Shown: in pieces, positions 55,023 to 62,546 of the stretch
How positions within the stretch are numbered: position 1 is the stretch's first letter
How the letters are laid out: the number at the start of each line of letters is the position of its first letter
Origin: an uncultured Planctomycetia bacterium
Lineage (GTDB): Bacteria > Planctomycetota > MHYJ01 > WSZJ01
Assembly: GCA_963706735.1 (NCBI GenBank)
Contig: CAVPNQ010000072.1
Span: 4,932-68,931 of the forward strand
Direction of reading: 5' to 3'
DNA: 64,000 bases
Notes under the pieces: generated by a model
Seen by the model: only the letters and a program-made list of their open reading frames with translations
Database searches by the model: none
What the model was told of the DNA's origin: nothing
Made by a program: the position numbers and the translations under genes

Positions 55023-55859
55023 ATGCACCGACGCAACAGGGGAGCGGTGACGCCGGTATTGCTGGCGTCGTTCATGCTGGTTTTCACCGTGATCACGGTG
55101 TGGATGTGGTTTGCCCGGGAGTGGCGGCCCGCCCAGATGAGCGTGCACTCCAAGGGCGTGGACAAGATGATCACGTACATCGTCGGCGCCGCGGGGTTCA
55201 TCTTCATTGTCGGGCACCTGGTGCTGTCGAAGTTCATCATGAACCGTTCGAAGCCGGACGGGCAGCCCTGGAAGCCGATGTCCCACGGGGCCGAGACGTT
55301 CTTCACGGTGGCGCCGGTGATCCTCATGGTGCTGGTCTCGGAAATCGGGACGATCGTGATCGGCGCGCCGGTGTGGAACGAGGTGTACACGCACGAGGCG
55401 GGCGACGTTGAGGTTGAGATCACGGGGATGCAGTACGAATGGGTGGCCCGCTATGCCGGGGCAGACGGCAAGTGGGGGAAGCGGGTGGTCGAGAAATTCG
55501 ACTCCGCGGACAATCCGCTCGCGCTGGACCCGAAGGACAAGGACGGGAAGGACGACATCGTGAGCCGCGGCGTGGTGGTCCTGCCCGCGGGCAAGCCGGT
55601 CTGGTTCAACATCCGCTCGTGGGACGTGCTGCACAGCTTCAACATCCCCGAGTTCCGCACGAAGCAGGATGCGGTGCCGGGCATCTACACGCACACGCGG
55701 GTCACGCCGCTCAAGCCGACCGAGAACGGGAAACCGATCGAGGTTGCCTGCGCGGAGATCTGCAACTTCGGCCACTACAAGATGAAGGCGAAGGTGATCG
55801 TGAAGACGCCCGAGGATTTCGCGAAGTGGCTGGAAACGACAACGAAGTTCGGCGACTAA
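55023..55859 (+). CDS. coxB: Heme-copper oxidase subunit II (CuA; no fused cytochrome c domain)
   Basis: Two N-terminal TM helices. …WDVLHSFNIPEFRTKQDAVPG…. CuA motif ACAEICNFGHYKM. Confidence 0.9.
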   Translation: MHRRNRGAVTPVLLASFMLVFTVITVWMWFAREWRPAQMSVHSKGVDKMITYIVGAAGFIFIVGHLVLSKFIMNRSKPDGQPWKPMSHGAETFFTVAPVILMVLVSEIGTIVIGAPVWNEVYTHEAGDVEVEITGMQYEWVARYAGADGKWGKRVVEKFDSADNPLALDPKDKDGKDDIVSRGVVVLPAGKPVWFNIRSWDVLHSFNIPEFRTKQDAVPGIYTHTRVTPLKPTENGKPIEVACAEICNFGHYKMKAKVIVKTPEDFAKWLETTTKFGD

Positions 55860-56008
55860 GCCGGGCCGCGGAAGAGTCTTCTGGAGTCTATGCCCGTCTC
55901 GGCCCGGCTTATCCTGAGCGAGCCCGTAGGGCGAGTCGAAGGATGCTGTTGAAGTAAGCGGGTGGCAAGGTAAGAGACTTACCCTTGTTCGCTTAGGGAG
56001 AGATCATC

Positions 56009-57769
56009 TTGGCGATCACGCATACGCACGGCTCGGACGCGTCGCACACGCACGACGACCATGGCCACGGACATGGCGACGGGCATGGGCACGACCACCA
56101 CACGCCCGGGTTCATCGGGAAGTACATCTTCAGCTTCGACCACAAGACGATCGGCATCCAGTACCTGCTGCTGGCGATGTTCATGAGCCTGATCGGCGTG
56201 GGACTGTCGTTCTGGTTCCGCGCGCAGCTGGCGTGGCCGGGCAAGGAGATGATGACTCCCGAGCAGTACGTCATGGCCGTCACGATGCACGGCACGATCA
56301 TGATCTTCTTCGTCGTGTCGGCGGCGCTCTCCAGCGGCCTGGGTAACCTGGCGATCCCGCTCCAGATCGGCGCGCGCGACATGGCGTTCCCGCTGCTGAA
56401 CATGCTGTCGTTCTGGACGAACGTCCCCGGTGCGATCCTGATGATCGCGTCGTTCTTCGTCGAAGGCGGCGCTTCCGCCGGCGGCTGGACGGCCTACCCG
56501 CCGCTCTCCGCGCTGCGCAACGCCGGCGCCGGGACCCACCTGGGCACGACGCTCTGGCTCCTCGGCATCGCGATGTTCATCGTGTCCTTCACCCTGGGCG
56601 GCCTGAACTACACGGCCACGATCCTGAACCTGCGCGCCCGCGGCATGAACCTCATGAAGATGCCGCTGTCCGTCTGGACCTGGTTCATCGCGACGCTGCT
56701 CGGCCTGCTCAGCTTCCCGGCCCTCACCGCCGGGGCGATCATGCTCCTCCTCGACCGCCACGGCGGGACGAGCTTCTTCCTCCCGAGCGGCCTGATCGTG
56801 TCCGGCACCCCGATGGCCAACGTCGGCGGAACCCCCCTCCTGTTCCAGCACCTGTTCTGGTTCCTCGGCCACCCCGAGGTGTACGTCCTCGTGCTGCCGG
56901 CCATCGGCATCGCCTTCGAGGTCATCCCCGCGTTCGGCCGCCGACCCGTCCACGGCTACAAGTGGAGCGTCTACGGGCTCATCATCATCGCCTTCCTCGG
57001 CATGATCGTGTGGGGCCACCACATGTTCGTGTCCGGCATGAACCCGTTCCTCGGCAAATACTTCTCCATCTCCACCCTGCTCATCACCGCGCCGTTCGCC
57101 ATCCTCGGCGTGAACCTCGTCGCCTCCCTCTGGAAGGCGCGCATCCGCTTCACGACCCCCATGCTCTTCGCCCTCGCCCTCGTCTCCGCCGTCGGCACCG
57201 GCGGCATCGGCGGCCTGTTCCTCGCCACCTCCGCCGCCGACCTCCACTTCCACGACACTTACTTCGTCGTCGGCCACTTCCATCTCATGATCGGCGTCGT
57301 CACCCTGACCGGGACCTTCGCCGGGATCTACTACTGGTTCCCCAAGATGTTCGGGCGCACCATGAACGACACCCTCGGCAAGCTCCACTTCTGGCCCACC
57401 ATGATCGGTACCTTCATGGTCTTCACCATCCAGCACTTCCAGGGCCTCGGAGGCATGACACGCCGCTACTTCGAGTACGGCCACGAGGTCTTCAAGCCCG
57501 TCGTCGCCCTCAACCACATGGTCACGATGTTCGCCTTCCTCGCAGGCGCAGGCCAGATCGTGTTCTTCGTGAACTTCTTCTGGAGCGCCTTCCGCGGACC
57601 CAAGGCTTCGCAGAATCCGTGGGAAGCGACCGGCATGGAGTGGACGACGGCGTCGCCCCCGGGGCACGGCAACTGGCAGGGCCCGATTCCTCCCGCGCCC
57701 GGGATTCCGTACCAGTACGCCACCGGCGCTGACGGGAACGGTTTCCGCATGCAGACCGAGAAGGATTAG
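56009..57769 (+). CDS. ctaD: Heme-copper oxidase subunit I with His-rich N-terminal extension
   Basis: TTG start with AGGGAGAG ribosome-binding site. 12 TM core with canonical His ligands (…HHMF…, …GHFHLMIG…, …WAHHMF-type). N-terminus THTHGSDASHTHDDHGHGHGDGHGHDHH. Confidence 0.95.
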   Translation: MAITHTHGSDASHTHDDHGHGHGDGHGHDHHTPGFIGKYIFSFDHKTIGIQYLLLAMFMSLIGVGLSFWFRAQLAWPGKEMMTPEQYVMAVTMHGTIMIFFVVSAALSSGLGNLAIPLQIGARDMAFPLLNMLSFWTNVPGAILMIASFFVEGGASAGGWTAYPPLSALRNAGAGTHLGTTLWLLGIAMFIVSFTLGGLNYTATILNLRARGMNLMKMPLSVWTWFIATLLGLLSFPALTAGAIMLLLDRHGGTSFFLPSGLIVSGTPMANVGGTPLLFQHLFWFLGHPEVYVLVLPAIGIAFEVIPAFGRRPVHGYKWSVYGLIIIAFLGMIVWGHHMFVSGMNPFLGKYFSISTLLITAPFAILGVNLVASLWKARIRFTTPMLFALALVSAVGTGGIGGLFLATSAADLHFHDTYFVVGHFHLMIGVVTLTGTFAGIYYWFPKMFGRTMNDTLGKLHFWPTMIGTFMVFTIQHFQGLGGMTRRYFEYGHEVFKPVVALNHMVTMFAFLAGAGQIVFFVNFFWSAFRGPKASQNPWEATGMEWTTASPPGHGNWQGPIPPAPGIPYQYATGADGNGFRMQTEKD

Positions 57770-57771
57770 CG

Positions 57772-58323
57772 ATGGCCCAGGCCTGGAAAGAGGACGGTTG
57801 GGAACGCGCGGTCGCCGCCGAGCGGCGCATCGACACGTTCCAGACCCTCACTTTCTTCATGGTCGGCGGCGCCATCATGCTGTTCACCTGCTTCACCGCT
57901 TCCTACCTCGTCCGGCGCGAAAGCGCCGACTGGGTCAAGCTCGCCCTTCCCCCCATCCTCTGGGTGAATACCGCCGTGATCGTCCTGAGCAGCCTGACGC
58001 TCGAGGCCGCACGGCTCGTCAAGCCCGCCGCGTCGCGCCGCTGGGTCGGCGTCACGATCGGGCTCGGCGTGGCGTTCGTCGCCGGGCAGGTCCTGGCGTG
58101 GCGGGAGCTGGCCCTGAAGGGCGTCTTCGCCACGACGGATCCGCACGCGTCATTCTTCTACATGTTGACGGGGGTCCACGCGGTGCACATCGCCGCGGGA
58201 ATCGCCGTGCTCGCGTACGCGTTCAGGCGCGCCGGAAGGGCCCCCCTGGGGCTCTGCGCGGCGTGGTGGCATGTCGTGGGGGCCGCGTGGGTCTGGGTGG
58301 CGGTCCTGATCTCGGTCCTCTAG
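57772..58323 (+). CDS. Cytochrome oxidase subunit III-like protein (short, 183 aa)
   Basis: …FYMLTGVHAVHIAAG…WWHVVGAAWVWV… matches COX3-family motifs. Confidence 0.7.
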   Translation: MAQAWKEDGWERAVAAERRIDTFQTLTFFMVGGAIMLFTCFTASYLVRRESADWVKLALPPILWVNTAVIVLSSLTLEAARLVKPAASRRWVGVTIGLGVAFVAGQVLAWRELALKGVFATTDPHASFFYMLTGVHAVHIAAGIAVLAYAFRRAGRAPLGLCAAWWHVVGAAWVWVAVLISVL

Positions 58324-58462
58324 AAAGTGACAGGCCGGGGGAGATCGAGTGTGCCCCTGGAGAAGAGATCCTTCGACTCGCTTCGCTCGCTCAGGATAAG
58401 CCGGGCCTGAGTGGGGCTTGTGGAAGTCGAAGGGCGGTTCCCGGCCCGGCTTAGGAGCGGCG

Positions 58463-59080
58463 ATGAGCACGACGGCAGTGGCGGAACATCATCACGATGC
58501 GGCGGACGAATCCGAACCCGGGTTTTACGGGACGTCGTGGCAGAAGCTGATGATGTGGTGGTTCATCATCGGCGACGCGATCCTGTTCGGGTCGTTCCTG
58601 GCCGCCTACGGGTTCGCGCGGATGTCGGTCACCAACTGGCCGGATCCCGCGAAGGTCTTCAGCATGAACTTCATCACCGTGATGACCTTCGTGCTGATCA
58701 CGTCGAGCGCCACGATGGCGACCGCGGTCGGCGCTTCCCGCGCCGGCAATCACAAGATGGCGTGCAACTTCACGATCCTCACCGCGATCGGCGGCCTGGT
58801 GTTCCTCGGGATGCAGGTCGTGGAGTGGTCGCACATGATCCACGACGGCGCCCGCCTGAACACGAACCCCTGGGGCGCGCCCGCCTTCTCGGCGTTCTTC
58901 TTCACCATCACCGGCTTCCACGGCTCGCACGTCCTCTCGGGCGTCGTCATCCTGCTCATCACGGCCATCAACGCCCTTCGCGGAAAATCCGGACCCGAAG
59001 GCGTCGAGCTCGCCGGGCTATACTGGCACTTCGTCGACCTCGTCTGGGTCTTCGTCTTCGGCACCTTTTACCTGCTCTAG
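58463..59080 (+). CDS. ctaE: Cytochrome c oxidase subunit III
   Basis: AGGAG ribosome-binding site. …FFFTITGFHGSHVLSG…LYWHFVDLVWVFVF…. Confidence 0.85.
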   Translation: MSTTAVAEHHHDAADESEPGFYGTSWQKLMMWWFIIGDAILFGSFLAAYGFARMSVTNWPDPAKVFSMNFITVMTFVLITSSATMATAVGASRAGNHKMACNFTILTAIGGLVFLGMQVVEWSHMIHDGARLNTNPWGAPAFSAFFFTITGFHGSHVLSGVVILLITAINALRGKSGPEGVELAGLYWHFVDLVWVFVFGTFYLL

Positions 59081-59092
59081 GAACCGCCACCC

Positions 59093-59374
59093 ATGAGCGA
59101 ACAGCACGCTGAGCACGCTTCACACGGATACAAGGGCTACTGGATCGCCTGGTTGCTCCTGCTGATCCTGACCGTGGTCATGATCAGCATCCACAACAAG
59201 ACCGTCCTCCTCGCCGGGATCGCGGTGAAGTCGATCGTGATCTGCATGTTCTTCATGCACCTGAAGTTCGAGCGCAAGATGCTCGTCTACAGCGTCGCGC
59301 TGGGATTCATTGCGGTGTTCGCGCTGTTCTTCTTCATCCAGTACGACGCGCAGCTCGGGAAGATCGGGCTTTAA
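59093..59374 (+). CDS. Prokaryotic cytochrome c oxidase subunit IV family protein, copy 2 (93 aa)
   Basis: …YKGYWIAWLLLLILTV…FMHLKFE…. About 60% identical to copy 1. Confidence 0.7.
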   Translation: MSEQHAEHASHGYKGYWIAWLLLLILTVVMISIHNKTVLLAGIAVKSIVICMFFMHLKFERKMLVYSVALGFIAVFALFFFIQYDAQLGKIGL

Positions 59375-59385
59375 GCCGCGGCTCC

Positions 59386-59673
59386 ATGAAGCGCCTCCTC
59401 TACCGGACGGCCCTCGCCTTCGCGCTGCTCCTGGCGTTCGCGCCGGCGGTGTACGCGGCGGACTGCTGAAAGCAGGCGCAGCCGGGTGCGGATCAGGTTG
59501 ATCCGAAGCGGACGCCGGGCTTCAAGCAGGGGACGGCGCTGATGATGGCGGTGCCGTACTTGCTGATGGCCGGCCTCGGGACGCTCGCGTGGCGCCAGTA
59601 CCGGCGCAAGCTCCGCTTCGAGGAGCGGGGCGGGTGGACGGATCCTGTCCCGGTGCGGCCGGACGCAGAGTAG
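59386..59673 (+). CDS. Small signal-peptide/C-terminal-TM protein with in-frame TGA directly after Cys (candidate Cys-Sec selenoprotein, 95 aa)
   Basis: ATG 12 nt after the subunit IV stop. MKRLLYRTALAFALLLAFAPAVYA-ADC-TGA-KQAQPG… continues in frame to TAG at 59671. TM helix AVPYLLMAGLGTLAW then a basic tail. Hairpin cggatc-aggtt-gatccg lies 20-38 nt after the TGA. Confidence 0.4.
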
Positions 59674-59682
59674 CCGCTCGGG

Positions 59683-62472
59683 CTATCGGGAAGCGCGCCG
59701 CGAGACCAGGAACAGCGCGAGCGCCCTTCCGGCCCCGACCTGGATCGCGCGGGCGCGGAGCTGGGTCGCCTTGCTGAGCTGGCGGCGGCCGGCGAAGACC
59801 TCGGCCATGAGCAGGTAGAGCTCCGCGGCGAGGTTCGGGGACATGCTGGTCGCGAAGGACCACAGCGACTCGAGCGGTTCCGAACCTGCGATGACCCCCG
59901 CGACGGGCGACCACTCGGGCACCGCCGCCACCGTCTCGGCCAGCCGCGAGATCGCTTCCTCTTGGCGGTTCATCCCCGCCAGCGCGGCGCATTCGAGCAG
60001 CACGCGGAACAGTTCCTGAAGCGACTTGCTGGCGGTGTACGCCGCCGCTTCGCGTTCGAGAATGGAGAGGCACTCCGTCGGGTTGCCGTCGAGAAGCGCG
60101 ACGAGGGCGAGCCAGTTGCGCGCCCAGGCGCCCTCGTTGGAGGGGTGGGTGGCGCCGCCCATGACGACGGTGAGGGAAGCGCGTGCGGCGCGGAGGTCGC
60201 CCTCGGCGACCTGGGTTTCCGAGAGGCGGAGCATGGTGAGCCAGCGGTCGCGGGCGGCGAGGTTGACGCTGAGCTGAAGGGTTTCCTGGAGTTCCAGGCG
60301 GCAGCGAGCGATCAGGTCCGGCGTGACGCCGGCCCGCGCGAGCGCCGCGTGGCACTCCATGCGCACCTCGACCGCGAATTTCTCGCGTCCCAGCTGCCGC
60401 ATCGCTTCGTCGCGCACGCGCGCCGGCCCGCCCAGCGTCCCGCAGAGCCGCAGCATTTCCGCGCACACCTGCGCCGCTTCCGTCGCGTCGAGCCACCGCT
60501 GGCGCAGCAGTTCCTGGTACATCGCCGCGGCCTTGTCGGCGGACTCGCGCTCCATGCGGTCGATCGTTTCGAGGAGCAGCGTCCAGAGCTCGATGCGGAC
60601 GGGATCGCCGGGGTACCGCTGGCAGCCTTCCTGGAGCGCGACGACGGCGTCGTACGTGTTTCCCGCCTTGAGCTCCAGGCGCGCCTGGCCGAGCGGGATC
60701 ACGGCTTCGAGCGGCGTCCCGTCGAGCTTCCTCAGCGCCTCGAGCGCCTCCAGCCGTTCGCCGAGTTCGATCGAGCACAGCGCCGCCTTGTAGTGCGCGA
60801 GCAGCCCTTCCTCGCGGTCCGGGTGCGTCTCTCCCATCTCCCGGTACATTTCGCGCGCTTCCGAGATCTTCCCGAGCTGGTAGAGCTTGTCTGGAAGCGC
60901 GAGGAAGGTGAGCTGGAGGGGGGCGCCGCGTCCCTCGAGCTTGACGTCGCGGAACGAAGCGCCTTCGTCGTCGCAGGAGAGGCCGACGCGGTCGCCGCGG
61001 AGGGGGAAGAGGTCGCGGTATTCGAGGGCGCGGACGCCGTTGATGGTGAGGCTGATGCGGTCGCCTTCGCGGAGGACGAGGATGCGGTAGCGCGTGCGTG
61101 CGGCGAGGCGGATATCGAGGCGGCGGACGGCGGCGACGCCGTGGCGGATGAGCTCGACGCGGCCTTCGGGGCCGGCGGCGAGGCGGACCTGGTAGCCCTC
61201 GAGGGAGAATCCGCCGCGGATGGCGAGCCAGACGGAGGCTTCCCATGTGCTGCGATCGACGTCGGCGGACAGCGTGAACTCGAGGCGGATGTCGCCGGTG
61301 ACGCGCGGCACGGCGACGACGCGCGCGGACTGTCCGCCGCCGCAGACGAGGTCGCGGCCTTTGCGCGACCAGCGGCCGCTCACCTGGTCCCAGGCTTCGG
61401 CGCCCTTGCCCTCGGACACGTCGCGCCACGGCACGCGCCCGGCGAGGAACTCATCCACCGCACGCGCCAGCTCGCGCGCCGTCGGGTAGCGCCTCGCGGG
61501 GTCCGCGTCCATCGCGTGCTCCACGATCTGGCAGAGCGCGCGGGGTGCGAAGCGCCCCGGGCCGCGCTTGTGGACGGGGGTGATTTCGCCCTTGAGGGTG
61601 GCGCGAAGGGCCTCGTCGGGGTCGCTGGTATCGACGGGGGGCTGGAGGGTGAGGATTTCGTAGAGGATGGTGCCGAGGGAGTAGACGTCGCTGGGGGGGC
61701 CGACGAGCGTGCCCATGCCGGCGGCCTGCTCGGGGGACATGTAGCCGGGGGTTCCCACGATGATTCCGTCGCGCGTCAGGCCGCCCTCCGCCGGCGCGAT
61801 GACCTGCTTCGTCTCCCCGCGCTTGCGCTTCTCCCCCAGCGTCCGCGCCAGCCCCCAGTCGAGGACGAGCACTTCGCCGAACTCTCCCAGCATGATGTTG
61901 CCGGGCTTGAGGTCGCGGTGGACGACGTCATTGAAGTGCGAGAACGCGATGGCCTCGCAGACGCGGGCGAACGCACTCAGAAGGGCATTGAGCGGCCAGG
62001 TTTCCTCTTCGCGCGGCTTGCGCTCGCGCAGTCCCTCGAGGATGTCGGAGAGGGGGCGGCCCTGGACGAGCTTCATGGTGTACCACGGTCCCCAGGTCTT
62101 GTCGTAGCCGAGCTGGTGGACGGGGACGATGCCGGGGTGGGCGAGGCGGCCGGTGACGATGGCTTCCTCGGCAAGGCGCTCGGCGAATTCGGCGGAGAAC
62201 ACGTCGGGGCGGAGGACCTTGAGGGCGACGTCGCGGTCGAGGACGGGGTCGTGGGCGAGGTAGACCGTGCCCATGCCGCCTTCGCCGAGGACGGAGAGGA
62301 TGTCGTACGTGCCGATCCGCGAGGGCTGGCCCTGCGGCATGGCCGCGCCCATGGCCTGCACGGTCGCGGGTTTCAGCGAGGACGGCGGCTGGCAGGTGTC
62401 GCACAGGCGCGACGGCTCGCCAGCCGGAAGCTCGGCGCCGCACTGCGGACAGCATGGGACGGCTTCGGGCAA
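59683..62472 (-). CDS. Hanks-type Ser/Thr protein kinase with N-terminal zinc-ribbon and C-terminal jelly-roll (DUF1080/LamG-like candidate) plus TPR-like helical repeats
   Basis: Putative TTG start before PEAVPCCPQCGAEL…CDTC. Kinase subdomains (VALKVLRP, HRDLKPGNIML, DWGLA, GTPGYMSPE). The R/P-rich upstream part of the six-frame ORF is rejected because the upstream paralog ends at 62547. Confidence 0.8.
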   Translation of the reverse strand: MPEAVPCCPQCGAELPAGEPSRLCDTCQPPSSLKPATVQAMGAAMPQGQPSRIGTYDILSVLGEGGMGTVYLAHDPVLDRDVALKVLRPDVFSAEFAERLAEEAIVTGRLAHPGIVPVHQLGYDKTWGPWYTMKLVQGRPLSDILEGLRERKPREEETWPLNALLSAFARVCEAIAFSHFNDVVHRDLKPGNIMLGEFGEVLVLDWGLARTLGEKRKRGETKQVIAPAEGGLTRDGIIVGTPGYMSPEQAAGMGTLVGPPSDVYSLGTILYEILTLQPPVDTSDPDEALRATLKGEITPVHKRGPGRFAPRALCQIVEHAMDADPARRYPTARELARAVDEFLAGRVPWRDVSEGKGAEAWDQVSGRWSRKGRDLVCGGGQSARVVAVPRVTGDIRLEFTLSADVDRSTWEASVWLAIRGGFSLEGYQVRLAAGPEGRVELIRHGVAAVRRLDIRLAARTRYRILVLREGDRISLTINGVRALEYRDLFPLRGDRVGLSCDDEGASFRDVKLEGRGAPLQLTFLALPDKLYQLGKISEAREMYREMGETHPDREEGLLAHYKAALCSIELGERLEALEALRKLDGTPLEAVIPLGQARLELKAGNTYDAVVALQEGCQRYPGDPVRIELWTLLLETIDRMERESADKAAAMYQELLRQRWLDATEAAQVCAEMLRLCGTLGGPARVRDEAMRQLGREKFAVEVRMECHAALARAGVTPDLIARCRLELQETLQLSVNLAARDRWLTMLRLSETQVAEGDLRAARASLTVVMGGATHPSNEGAWARNWLALVALLDGNPTECLSILEREAAAYTASKSLQELFRVLLECAALAGMNRQEEAISRLAETVAAVPEWSPVAGVIAGSEPLESLWSFATSMSPNLAAELYLLMAEVFAGRRQLSKATQLRARAIQVGAGRALALFLVSRRASR

Positions 62473-62546
62473 GTCTCGTTCCCCCAGGGGCCTCTCCGTG
62501 TGGCGCGGATTATCGCATTCCGCCCCGCGGAATTCAGACTGCGCTG

